DNA from: Octopus vulgaris | Taxonomy: Eukaryota | Length of the DNA: 64,000 nucleotides | Direction of reading: 5' to 3' | NCBI GenBank assembly: GCA_951406725.2 | Contig: OX597826.1 | Coordinates: 80,166,001-80,230,000 of the forward strand | Shown here: positions 24,409 to 37,854 of the stretch, one piece after another | Layout of the letters: every line of letters begins with the position of its first letter | How positions within the stretch are numbered: the first letter of the stretch is position 1 | The notes under the pieces: generated by a model | What the model saw: only the letters and a program-made list of their open reading frames with translations | Told to the model about the DNA's origin: nothing | Databases searched by the model: none | Program-made: the position numbers and the translations under genes

Positions 24409-27400
24409 CTATGTTTGACTTTTGCTTTATATTTGTACAAGTTGGCTCCAAGTCTCACCCAGAGACCTCAAGAGACAACAGGGTTGGAAGTTCATGTTGT
24501 TGTTATGCCTAGTGTGCCATATATTTGGGGGGTGGGGATGTTGTACTAATGAATGTCTAAAAAGAAAAAAAAAAAGGTTTTTTTTTTTTTTTTTTTTTTT
24601 CTTTTTAAACCGAAAATTATGTTTGTTTTAAACCTTGAGATTACATAGAGAGTATTTTGCGTAGGATATGAGCAGTTCCCATGAGCACTATCTTTTGAAC
24701 TTCTGCCATTTTTGGGTTTCCTGGTATCTGAGTTAGGTAGCTATCAGCCCCTTTTGCTATCATTCCCAGGGCACCTATGACAACAGGTATTGTTTTAGTC
24801 TTCAGCTTCCACATTTTGCTGATTTCTATTTCAAGATCTTTATATTTGCTCAGTTTTTGGTAGGTCTTGACAGATACGTTTATATCGATTGGGACAGTCA
24901 TATCAATGAGGAGGCATGTTCTTTGTTTGAAGTTTTTCAATATGATGTCTGGCCTATTTGCATCTATCTTCCTGTCAGTTTGAATGGCGAAGTTCCAGAG
25001 GAGTGAGATGTGGTCATTTTCAAGCACTGGGGGTGGTTTGTGTTCCCACCAGTTTTTTTCATGGGGCAAATCCAGGTTTTTACAGATTACCCAGTGAATA
25101 TATTGTGCAGCTCTATCGTGCCTGTTGAGATACTCTGTAGGCGCTAGAAGACTGCACTTGGAGACCACATGGTCAATGGTTTCATTTTGTTGCTTGCATA
25201 CACGACACGTTGGACTGCTTCTGATCTTTAATATGTTGGCCTGGTAGTTTCTTGTTGGTAGGCATTGGTCTTGAGCTGCTATGATAAACCCCTCTGTTTC
25301 AGATTTTAAGCCAGAGGCCATTAGCCATTGATGGGTCAGGGCTTTGTCGATATCTGCATTATTCGCTCTCTTTGGGTATTTGCCATAGAGAGGTTTTTCT
25401 TGCCATTTATTATTCAGAATATCTAAGGCCGCAGTTTTGGCACGGGTTTTCATGCGCCTAGCTTTTTCTGTGCTTGTTTCTTGTATATCTATCTCTAATT
25501 CCGAAATTGGTTGTATTCGGAATTCACTTAGATATTCCTTTGCCTGTTTTGTGACTGAGTATGATGCTTTCTTGTTTTCATGTTTTGAGACAAGTTTTAG
25601 CATCCAGTCCTCAGAGTTTTTCAGGTATGTGTCTAGGCCAATTGTAGCAATCTTCATTGTTATTGCCAGTTGCAAAAGACCACGGCCTCCCTCTTTTCTT
25701 GGCAGATAGAGTCGTTCTGTATCTGCCTTAGGGTGGTGCATTCTATGCATTGTCAACAGTTTCCTTATTTTTCTGTCGAGCTGACATATTTCAGTAATTG
25801 ACCAGTTAACAATATTGAAACTGTAAGTCACGACTGGTATAGCTAATGCATTGATTGCTTCAATCCTGTTTCTTGCATTCAGCTCTGTCTTGAGTATTGC
25901 TCTCACTCTTCGATAGCATTCTCTCCTGATCCTTTCCTTCATCTCTGAATGCCTTATTCCGTTCCCTTCAATTATCCCTAGGTACTTGTAGCTCTCCGCT
26001 GGGTCTAGTTCTTTTATGACATTCTGTTGGTCAAGGTTAACGTTAGATGTTTCTGTCATTTTTCCTTTGATAAAGGTAGCCTTTGCACATTTATCGAGGC
26101 CGAATTGCATTCTGATGTCGTCACTGAATTGTTTGACTATCGCTAGTAAGCCCTTGAGTTGTTGATCATTTTTTGCAAAAAGCTTTAAATCATCCATGTA
26201 AACGAGATGATTTATATTTTCATCAAACATTTTATACCCGTACTGCGCGTCATTGAGCAGCTTTGAGAGAGGTATTAAGGATAAACAAAAGAGGAGTGGT
26301 GACAGTGAGTCACCCTGGAAAATGCCACACGAAATTTTTACATCACCAGCATTTAGGGATTCACTGTCACTGTTCAGAGTTAGTGTGGTTCTCCATGATC
26401 TCATACTTACAGTCAAGAAGTTTCGCAGAGTTGGTGCTATCTTATACATTTCAAGGCATTTCCTAATCCAGCTATGTGGTAGGCTATCAAAAGCCTTTTT
26501 ATAGTCTATCCAGGCTATTGATAAATTTTTGTGTCGTTTGTGACAATCTTCTAAGATCATCTTATTGATGAGTAGTTGGTCTTTACAGCCGTAGGATCCA
26601 CGTTTACATCCTTTCTGTTCATTAGGGAATATGCTGCTGTCTGTTAAAAAACTATAGGTATATTCCGTCAGGACAGATGTTAGTGTTTTGTACATAGTTG
26701 TTAAGCAAGTTATGGGTCTATAGTTTTTTGGTTCATTTGTTTCTTCACTTTTTGGAAGCAGGAATGTTAACCCATTAACTAGCCAAGGAGGCATCCTACT
26801 AGGGTGTTGCAAAACATCATTGTACAGTTCTGTTAGCAGTTCATGGCTCTCTGGGAAGGCATTCAGCCAGAAGTTAGGAATTTTATCCTTTCCTGGAGAC
26901 TTCCATTTGCTTGACCTCCTGAGAGCAGATCTTATATCTTCTACCTTGACACCCTCCCACTTTTGCTCTTCTAAGGGGTCCAGTTCTGTAGATATTCTGT
27001 CAATCCAGGGGGCCTTTTCGTTGTGTGTTTTTTCTTCTGCCCAGATTTTATTCCAAAATCTCTGCACTTCTTCTTTTGATGGTACAGACCCTGCAGTAAA
27101 CGCTGTTTTTCCCATCTTCCTGTAAAAATTCTTGGTGTTATTTTTGAACATGTTGTTGTCCTTGAAAAATCTAACACGCTTTTCATACCTCGCTATGCGG
27201 GCAGCTTTGGCAGATACCTTTTGTTTGATGGTTTCTATGGTGGCATCAATATCAAGTATAGTTTTCATATTGTATTTTTTCAGTAATTTTTGGGTTTTTG
27301 TAGGTTTGGTAATCTTGTGAGCCTTAAGGTTTTTCAAATATTCAATGTCAGATCTAAATATTTTAATTTGTTGTTGCAGACGCTCTTGCCAAGAAGGCTT

Positions 27401-28456
27401 TTTGTGGGACTGTTGCCGTTTTCTAATCTTTACACCACATAGGATCGTTGAGATTTTCGCGGATGCATAGTATAGGTGGTTGAGGTTTGTGATATCAACA
27501 TCATTAACTGAAATTATATCCTTAAGTGCAAGCCGGATTTTACCAATTATTTTCATGTTTTGGTTAGAGTTGCGGATTTTAGGAAGTGTATCACGCTCAT
27601 CCATGCTGGTTTCTTTAATTTTCAGCCATTCAATCATGATTTGATTTTTTAGCTCATGTAGTTCTGTTGGGTCAATATTTGTGTGACTTTCTTTATCTAT
27701 TTGATGCTCATCTGTCTTAGTGTTTATGATTGGTTCAGGGCGTATTTCACTTTGCCTATCACTTATACTAACTCTTTCAATCCTCTCTTCGTTTTTATCC
27801 GCCCTGGGCTGGTCTATAATCATTTCCTCTGTATTATCTTCTCTAGCTGCAGCTTCGTTCATTTTATCCGATATTGCTTGTCTAACCTGATCAATCTCTA
27901 CTTCAGTCAGTAATTTCTTTTTAATAATGTTTCTTCTAACATTGGCAAGCTTGTTACTGTCTATGTAGGGTCTTACTTCAGGGTGTTTCTGTCTCCAGTT
28001 TAAGTATGCTTGTACAGTGCTAGACTTATCTGTGGGGAAATATATGGCATGGTAGAAGGCCTCAAGAACTTCTTTATTATCTTCCCTAGACCATTTTTCC
28101 TTCTTTTTCTTTTGATTATTTGGTGATGAGCATGGATGGCCATCTGTTGGAATATTCCGGTTGTGGGGTTCGTCCAGCTCCTGTGTGTTGGGAAGATTTG
28201 ATCCAGTAACTGATTTTTCAATCAGGATTTGGTTCAATTTTCGGGTACGTGGTCTTTTGTAATCCGCGCAATGACCAATGCGGTTTATTGTTTGATTTGT
28301 TGACCTTGAAGCATGACGAGCATCCATTCTTATATTAGGAGATGGATCTGTCAGTTTAGGGTTCACTACGTGTAAGCATTGCTCATAGCGCCGCTTCTTA
28401 AGACTAGCAGATCTATATTCGTCTGTATTTTTTTTGTTGATAGTTTTATCTCCGGA

Positions 28457-28459
<3 letters not shown>
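24409..28459 (-). mobile_element. R4/Dong-clade site-specific non-LTR retrotransposon
   Basis: Single ORF plus about 230-bp 3' UTR ending directly in (TAA)n, the known target of Dong elements. Confidence 0.93.
24641..28459 (-). CDS. RT-RLE polyprotein of R4/Dong retrotransposon (1272 aa)
   Basis: RT motifs KSPGKD, NYRPITCL, EQKG, WIDYKKAFDS, GIFQGDSLSPLLF, YMDD, YKYLG. CCHC knuckle CRVC-x8-H-x4-C, RHD, and RLE catalytic pattern RPDII...IDMTVP...KLSKY. No APE domain; no internal stops. Confidence 0.96.
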
Positions 28460-28487
<28 letters not shown>

Positions 28488-29145
28488 CCTTTCCTCCTCT
28501 TCCTTTCTTCAAGGCTTACTGTGTCTGTATTAGTTCGAAATAATGAGAATAAAATACGGAGAAGGAAACGAAAAGAAAGGGAAAAAGACGGGATCTGTCA
28601 GTTATTATTGTTATTACTATCATCTTCACCACCATCACCATCATCAGCAACATCACCATCACCATCATCATCTTCAATGACATTGTTTTATGTGTAGCCA
28701 CAGCCACCATCAACACTCCATTGTGTTGGAGAATGGGTGGTTAAAGAATTCATGTTCTTTGGGTCTATAAATAGCCACGGTAGATGGAGACAAAGGACGT
28801 TAATGGTCAGTAAAAGGTCAAACCTGTTTACGTTTATTTATTTTTTTTTTCCTTTCTCTTTTCTTCTTCACCACATGCATATGTATATGTATATATATGT
28901 ATATTCACTCACACATATTATCTGATGTTTTCGTCGAAGATTTTTTTTTTATTTTTTTTAAATAACTTTCTGAGTTCAAAATTATGTATATATTTTTAAA
29001 TTTCTGAATTCAGTTGTATGTATATAGTAGTAGGTGCTTAAATCCATAACTTTTTATCGTGCATTTAATTGTGTTGTTACAATAAAAGGTAATTTAAAAG
29101 GCAATTTTACACATTCTTATAGTCATGAGAGACGACTAAATGTAA

Positions 29146-29537
<392 letters not shown>

Positions 29538-29549
29538 AATAGCATGCTT

Positions 29550-29853
29550 TTTATTGCTTTACTTGTTTCAGTCATGTGACTACGGCCATGCTGGAGTACT
29601 GCCTTTAGTCAAACAAATCGGCCCCAAGTTTTATTCTTTGTAAGCCTTGTAATTATTCGATTGGTGCATTTTGCCGAACCGCTAAGTTACGGGGACGTAA
29701 ACACAGCAACATCGGTTGTCAAGTGATGATGGGGTACAAACACAGACACACACACACGCACGCACGCATATGTACACATATATACGACAGTCTTTTTTCA
29801 GTTTCTGTGTACGAAATATACTCACAAGACTTTGGTCGGCTTGGAGCTATAGT
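29550..29853 (-). mobile_element. SINE family C, 5'-truncated
   Basis: Reverse-complement match to 46690-47059. Confidence 0.85.
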
Positions 29854-29989
29854 ACATATATGGTGCGTAAGGTATTTGAGGTCAGATTTATGTTTATAAA
29901 AAACAGATATATAATAACAGATAATAACTTTATTTATCAAAAAATGCTATGAGGATAAAAATAAACCTTCTGTTCTATAATGTTATTCA

Positions 29990-30960
29990 ATAAAGCCACC
30001 TTCAGCTTCAACAACTGCTTCTATATGCTCGAATCAAGTGGTCCTGATACATTTTGGACATTACTCTGACTATGGCAGCTTTCAAAGAATCTTTGGTATT
30101 ATGGGCGTGTTCATTGACTTCACTCTCAACAATGCTCCACATGTAATAGTCCAATGGATTGAGATCTGGGGAATTAGGGGGCCAAATGTTAGGGGTCATG
30201 TGATCACGAAAATTTTCCACCCTCCATTCCTGTGTAACTAGAGTCATGTGTGATAATCCAGAGTCTTACTGGAACACATATGGCCTTCCATTGCATACAC
30301 TATCTATCTAGGGTTTATGAATTATTTCCAGGACCTCAATGCAGGCGGCAGAGTTAACTCTAAGGCCTTGTGGAAAGAAGTACGGAGGCATCACATGTCC
30401 TCCATTGCTGACAATCTCTAAAAACTATGACAGTTGCAGGATATTTTGTATGCATAAAACTTGGAACTTCACAAGGATCTGCACATAACCATCTGTCATT
30501 TCTTCTGTTAACTTTTGATCTTGGTCGAACTATTTCTCGAAAATCCAAATCAAATTTTCTTCTGCTCGATCTTTTAGTTTGTTTAAGAGCCTTTTAGATC
30601 TGATGTAGTGACATTCTTTCGCTTTTTCTGACAAATTGACCTTTCCTCATCATATACGATTTATATATAATGTCTTCGTGGACAATATTTCTTACTCTTC
30701 CTTCTGACAATGGAGATCTTCTGCAATTGACCTATGCACTTTCTGGGATTGTAATCAATAGTCTGTTGAACTTGCTGCCTGAATTCTTTGGTGTTCTGAT
30801 GATGTCAGAGCGTTTTAAAATGCTTTTTATGCTTTGATACTGGCGATACGTCTCCAGCTTCAGTCCCTAGCCCCTTACAAACTTTGTAGACGAAAGATCT
30901 GGCAAATTTTAAAACTCTAAATATTCCTAATCGCTATGCTCAGCCTTCATAACCACAATA
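29990..30960 (-). pseudogene. Tc1/mariner superfamily transposase pseudogene (maT/DD37D-like)
   Basis: WPPNSPDLNPLDYYMW motif, NRRNDRWL...TKYPATV segment and N-terminal FARSFVYKV. Multiple frameshifts; TIRs not resolved. Confidence 0.88.
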
Positions 30961-31048
30961 AGAGTATAACTTGAGTAAGCTGACGGTCTGTCATTATTAT
31001 TTCTGAAACAAAGGTTATACAGAGTTAACAAAAAATACAGCAATAGCC

Positions 31049-31091
<43 letters not shown>

Positions 31092-31093
<2 letters not shown>

Positions 31094-31325
31094 CATTATT
31101 GGTGAATTGAAGAAATGGAGCTGAACGCAGATTGAACAGAAATCGTTTTATTTCATTCTGCCTTTCGAAACACGTGTAGAATGAAATAAAACGATTTCTG
31201 TTCAATCTGCGTTCAGCTCCATTTCTTCAATTCACCAATAATGTTTTAATTTCAATTATTGCTACTAAGGTATCGGTTAAACCTTTGATTAATCTACTAC
31301 AAGATTATTCATCTTTCTATTTCAC

Positions 31326-31330
<5 letters not shown>
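31092..31330 (+). mobile_element. fold-back insert in (TA)n with hammerhead 3' half
   Basis: About 68-bp inverted arms at 31092-31160 and 31177-31245. The loop holds GAAAC-ACGTG-TA. Confidence 0.65.
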
Positions 31331-31369
<39 letters not shown>

Positions 31370-31388
31370 TATACATACATACATATAC

Positions 31389-31500
31389 GGGTTCGGTCCC
31401 ACTGCGTGGCACCTTGGGCGAGTGTCTTCTACTATAGCCTCGGGCCGACCAAAGCCTTGTGAATGGATTTGGTAGACGGAAACTGAAAGAAGCCCGTCGT
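31389..31500 (+). mobile_element. SINE family C, 5' portion fragment
   Basis: GGGTTCGGTCCCACTGCGTGGCACCTTGGGCGAGTGTCTTCTACTATAGCC matches 46650-46760. Confidence 0.85.
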
Positions 31501-31524
31501 ATATATATATATATATATATGTAT

Positions 31525-32207
31525 AGAACTATCATGGATAATTTCCAGATGTCCTCGACTTGGCAGTGCTACCGGTTCGAGATAAACCTTACAGGCACGG
31601 ATGTGCTGTCAGACGGGCTTGTCCGAGGTGTGCGGAGTGACGAAACCGTTCTGCATGCTCTTGTTCAGTGTCCGGGCATTGTTGACTTGTGCGGTTATGT
31701 CGAACAGCTGCTATCATTTGTGAGACGGATCCGTCTGTCGGCCGAGTCTGTAGTGACCATCGCAGCGCCGCCCTCTTCCAATCTGGCAGGCAATGCAGTT
31801 TTCCTTTGCCTGGTGGCAGTGGCGAAAGAGGTTGTTTGGTGGACAAGGCTGAAAGCTCTCATTGAGTTCTTCAATGTTTATTGAACGGTGGGTGAAAGTT
31901 GCGAAAATAGATGGTACCTCTCTAAGTGTAGACTTGTGGGTCGGAGAGAAGAAATTGGAGAGGACACTTGCTCCTGGGGTTTCGGGGAAATTCCAGACAG
32001 TGGGATTCCTCGATTATCCCTAGAGGTCTTCCTGTATCAGGAACCTTCGTATGCTGCGCATATGTCCCTTCTTTTTCAGAGTATACCCTGTATACATTCT
32101 TTCTTTCCTTCTTTTATCATTCCATTATTGTATGTGACCCCCAACACTTTATGTCTGTCTTTGTATTGTCCCCTTCATCTTTCGCCCTAGTGGAAAATAA
32201 ATGAAAT
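31525..32207 (+). pseudogene. Tx1/L1-type LINE 3' end (ORF2 zinc finger + 3' UTR)
   Basis: LPVRDKPYRHG...CPRC (frameshift) DETVLHALVQC...AVAKEVVWWTR, then a pyrimidine-rich UTR ending AAATAAATGAAAT. Confidence 0.8.
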
Positions 32208-32217
32208 CATTATTATT

Positions 32218-32625
32218 AAGGCTGCTAGCTGGCAGAATGGTTAAAGCGCTGGGCGAAATGCTTAACAGCATTTCATGTCTTTACGATCTCAGTTCAAATT
32301 CCGTCGAAGTCGACTTTTAGAGTCGATAAATTAAGTACCAGTGAAACACTGGGGTCAATGTTATCGACGAGTCCCCTCCCACAAAAGTTCAGGCCCTGTG
32401 CCTTTAGTAGAAAGAATTATTATCATCGTTATCATCATTATTATTAGTAGTAGTAGCAGTAGTAGTATTAAATCGACGAGCACGCAGAATCGTAAATACG
32501 TCGGACAAAATGCTTAGCGGCGTTTCGTCCGCCTTTACATTCAGAATTCAAATTCCGCTAGGTTCCACTTTCCCTTTCATCATTTCGGAATCGATAAAGT
32601 AAATACCAGTTGAGTACTGGTACTT
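32218..32625 (+). mobile_element. two degenerate SINE family B copies
   Basis: AGCTGGCAGAATGG...GTTCAAATTCCG at 32218-32420, and a second copy at about 32470-32625. Confidence 0.8.
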
Positions 32626-33905
32626 ACACGAACTTGTTGATTATTCTTACTACTACTACAACTACTACTACTACTACGACGAAGACGACGACCCCTTTCC
32701 TTATCATCATCATCATCATCATCATCATCTCCGAACTGCCTTTATCATTGAATTTTTTTTCACAGCTCTCGGCCGGAAATTCCCATCATTATAATTGTTT
32801 TTGACATTCCGGAGAAAAAGAAGATTTTAAAACTCTCATTGTCCCCTTTAATTAAGAGTGAAACTGTTGGTTTTTTTCTCCCGTAGCGGACAATCATTTA
32901 TCAAAATCGCCAACGTTTGACGTTTGACGAATGTGAGGCGTGGTGGGAGGCAATCATGAGAGTCGTGGTTGCTGTAACGCTTAAGGTGTCGTCTGCCTTT
33001 CAAGTTTTGTTTGTCAAAACGACAAAACGACATTTTGCCAAAGATCTTTCTTTCTTTCCCTCGAGAAACAAAATAAAAAAATGTGATGGTGTTAAATCTG
33101 ACAACACCTACCAGAGATGCCGCGTTGAAGCATTACAACAATATAAGAAACATCAACAACAACATCAACAACAGCTGCAACACAAATGCCAACACCAGTG
33201 ACAACAACAACAACAAAACTGAAACAACGAAACGTGGGAAAGACCAAAAAATAAAAAGGAGAAAAAATATGCAGAGTGACAAGAGAAATGACGGCAAAAC
33301 TATAGAGAATGTCAACAGAAGGTTGAATGAAACAGAAGACATCATCATCTCATCATCATCATCATCAAAAGCAACAACAACATCCATAACAGCGACAGAA
33401 ACATCATGAATGAAGAACAGTAGAAGCAGCCAAATACAATATCCAGAACAAGAATGATCACCATGAAAGATATCCTTTCAATAACCATCAGCGTCTGGAA
33501 TGAGCGCTCGCTCCAGTTCGAAAAGGACATATAGGAAGACTGGATCCTTATATAAAGAATCCTGAAAGGACACTTTTGGCATAAATGCGAATTCAATCGT
33601 TCATTAAGAGACACAATCACATTGAGATGCGTAAGGAGAAAAAGGAGGACGTTGTAAAAAGCGTTTTTCTTGCTCAGACAGAAAAGTGACTGGGAACTAT
33701 ATTGGCACCGTTTGGTACCTTTGGAATGGAAAGTTCGTGGGAAGCTTTGTTCCCAGATGAGGCAAAAGGGAAAAGCATCGTAATACCACAAACTCCATCA
33801 AATTTCTGTAAGTAATGACTCATAACGTGTCGCCAAATTTGGAGCAGCAAATTTTAGCAGAGATGAGGAAATAATAGAATATCTTTATGTCTACAGTAAC
33901 AAATA

Positions 33906-34102
33906 TTCTTTTCTACTTTAGGCACAAGGACCGAAATTTTGGGAGAGGGGACCAGTCGATTAGATCGGCCCCAGTACGCAACTGGTACTTAATTTATCGA
34001 TTCCGAAAGGATGAAAGGCAATTTGAACTCAGTACGTAGCGGCAGACGAAATGCCACTAAGCATTTCGCCCGGCGTGCTAACGTTTCTGCCAGCTCGCCA
34101 CC
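33906..34102 (-). mobile_element. SINE family B monomer
   Basis: Family B head and body. 14-bp TSD TACAGTAACAAATA at 33892-33905 and 34106-34119. Confidence 0.92.
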
Positions 34103-34635
34103 ATATACAGTAACAAATAATGCCGAAGAACTGGCTAGAGAAGATTTAGGAGCTAATTTCCTGACCATTTCTTTATTGAAGAAATACAAATTAGAATGTT
34201 AGCGGTCTTTGGATTTCGGGAGCACGACCTTTCTTACTAACGCCAATAAACGTTCACCTAGGCAACAGGAGGTTGAACAACAATTAAAGGAAGAATGAAA
34301 CCAACAACAAAACAAACTCTAAACAAACACAATTTTACCCGCGTTTCCTATAAGCGTCTCTGGGGAGTTCAGAAAAAGAAGAAACGAAATTCCCATCAAT
34401 GTGAGATTATCTTTACTCTCCACAAACGCCTTATCTGGCGACGAAATGGAGTCAGAAAACTCTTTTTTTATAAGGACTGCGGTAGATTATAGAAGCATGT
34501 CCCAGTGGACGTGATACCTTTTCACAAGACCTCTTCTGCCCAAAATGCTGGAAGAATATTTTCCGGAAGCTTAAAACAAGAACTTCACCCCTACACAAAC
34601 TGTATGATATGTGATCTTATCCTTTTCAGAGAGAG

Positions 34636-34800
34636 CAGCGGTCTTCAAAGTGGTCGATGGCACTCTTCAAGGGGTCGATAAATGTACATCTACTTAATTA
34701 TTATCATTATTTATTTATTTTCTTGTACATGCCTTGTGGGTGGGGGGCGAGGTATCAACGATTCCATGAATCGATTGTCTAAAAAGTTTGGGGACCCCTG
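34636..34800. mobile_element. hAT (Charlie-like) MITE
   Basis: Termini CAGCGGTCTTCAAA and TTTGGGGACCCCTG (reverse complement CAGGGGTCCCCAAA). TSD not preserved. Confidence 0.55.
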
Positions 34801-36140
34801 AACTAGACCCACATTGCAAGCGGGGTGCGTGAATGCACATGACCTGGGGCTCTCTAGAAGATTGATCCCCGGCTGAATGGTGTTATCTGTAATACCCAGA
34901 GTTTAAGAACCGTATTCTCGCGCGCCTTCAATAAGGTCCATACCGCGAAGATCAAACCAGACCGAACGGTGTGACTACGTTGTTCAAGAAAGGTCTGAAA
35001 CTTCAGGAAAAGACGATGTTGTGGACCAGGATATTGGGAAAATGCCTTGCTAGTTGCAGAAGTTTCAGATCTGGACCCTAGGAATCTTCCCTAGCTACGT
35101 TCGCCTATTTGTGTTTCTGAGGGGGTTTGAGTGGTATCTCAGATCCATTTTGAGATTATGCGGAAGTATTTGAAAAGAAAGGTGGATGTAAAAACTTATC
35201 CGTCTTACTCGAATTCATAAATACACCAAATGAGCTTGATCAAGCCGCAACGAGTTTACCAGGGAGAATTTAAGGTTTCTAAGTTAGGTTAGCATATAAA
35301 GGACCGCGTGCCATGTCCATAACTTTTTGTATAGGAGTTCCTGATACGGAAATACTACAAAGATCGATTCAACAAACTATATAGGAACTAACAGAGGATA
35401 CCAATAATAGACTGGGGGTTAGATTAAAACCGGAAATTAAGATATATTACTAGAAACTATCGGCAGCGAACCACAGAATGGGGGAGACAGTTAAGAGCCG
35501 CGAAGAAATATTGTATACGAAGTGAAAACAAGAGAATATATCCCAATTATTTCTTTGAGGCGAAACATAAAGTTTGCTTTGTTTGAGCTAAGATATGTCT
35601 TCATACAGTCGTTCGATGATCCCATGCTGCGAAAGAGTGATGTAACAACAAACAGGTTTTTTAGTCCTTAACAGAACGCAGGGGGACTGCGTGCTTTTAT
35701 TCCAAGTAGAGGGCGTGGTGCGATTTTCATGAGTAATTTGGTAAAATTTTCGCGATGCATGATGGAATGGAGACAGTAGTGTTCGATTCAAATCTCGTCG
35801 GCCGGTTCCTATTCTAAGTGGAAGATGCAAAGATGTGTGAAATACTGTTTTCAGAAGCTAAGCCAGCAGAGAAATTGAGCGACTGGCACAGAATGTTAGG
35901 GACAACGAAATACAGGACTAAGGGTAAAAAGGAGGTGATATGCAGTTACCTGTAATTCGACGGCTCTGCTTGTACATGCAATTCTTATGAGAACCTGAAA
36001 ACTATAAGACATTTCCGGAGCTTTTATTCATTTGTGTGTGGAGGTGGGGGCCAAGAGGAAAACAATAAAAATGGCAACGCAGAAAATCGATTTGTTACAT
36101 AAGTACAAGTAATTTTGAGTGTGTGTGTGTAGATAGATAG

Positions 36141-36532
<392 letters not shown>

Positions 36533-37527
36533 AATGCTTACTGATGCTACGCTATCCACTCTTTCCTTTTATTTTGTTTTAGAGTTAAACCTAGATAATT
36601 ACAAGCGTTTTTGGTTGTTGGACTTAATTTCTTGGACATTTGACTGGTCAAATTTGTTGTAAGATTGTTGCTTTTTCTTGTGAGTTGTTTATTAGCAGAT
36701 CGGCCATGACTGAGACCAATATTCTATTTTCCAGATTAGGGGAATTCAGACCACCACCAAGCTATATAACCCTTTTCTATTAAAAGTATAGACTTACAAT
36801 TGGTCGAGAGATTCGCTTACTTCCTTTGGCAGAATGAGCAAAGATTTACTAATCACGAGAAGGGAGAGAGAGTTGTTTAGCGTAAGTTTTAGCATTTCTC
36901 GTAAAGGAGAACTGCACAGTTTTACCCTTTCGTTGTCCTGTGCATGGCACATAATACACAGGACATATTTCCCTTACGGTCATGCAACATATAGGACACA
37001 AATTTCTTTTTTTTTTTTTTTTGCAAACACTACAGTAACTCGTAACTTATGAAAGGAAATATTTATATTATTCAAAACCTTTGAAAGAAGGTCCAACTCT
37101 GAAGACAAGCACGGACGTTTAGGACAAACTCATGAAAATGCTTTTGAAACACTAAGAGCTAATTGGCAATCTTAATATATTCCAAGTATCAATCCCTCCA
37201 CCACCACAACAGTATTAGGATAGATTCAAATTTTAGAGTGTCAAACTTCAATTTTCAGGAAAAGTATTGTAAAACAAAGACATTGGAAATGAGAAAAATA
37301 TCATAAATTATTTAGTTTTGGTAAAACAAAACAAACAAAAAGAGTAAAATATTGTCACGTGAGTAAAGTCTCATGGGTGAGTATATAATGTCAAGTAACT
37401 CTCGGGACTTGTCACTAATTAAAATGCACTAATTGTATGCTGTTCCATTAACGAGGTTTTGACCAGCGCAGAAATTTAGCTCATAACTAACACCAAACGA
37501 AGCACACATCAATTTATACTCTGTTGA

Positions 37528-37603
<76 letters not shown>

Positions 37604-37814
37604 CTGTTGTAAGTATGTGTGTGTGTGTATGGGTCAATGAAGATCCTGTACTTTTAATTTTTTGCCAATGACAAAACGCTATCTCAGAAACAAGATTCGA
37701 ACTGACAAATATTCATTTTGTTTTATAGGCTGGCTACGTTTCAGTTCTATACATTAAGACTCTCTTCACTCTTTCCTGCTATTAATGAATATATTAATTA
37801 ATAGTGTGTGTGTA

Positions 37815-37854
<40 letters not shown>

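Noticed and set aside
25437-28221. Short ORFs overlapping the Dong ORF
   Set aside because: Antisense or alternate-frame shadows of the RT ORF.
33400-35600. Stop-riddled purine-rich stretches resembling LINE ORF1 remnants (also 38340-39100 on the minus strand)
   Set aside because: No diagnostic motif recognisable by eye; needs BLASTX against a repeat protein library.
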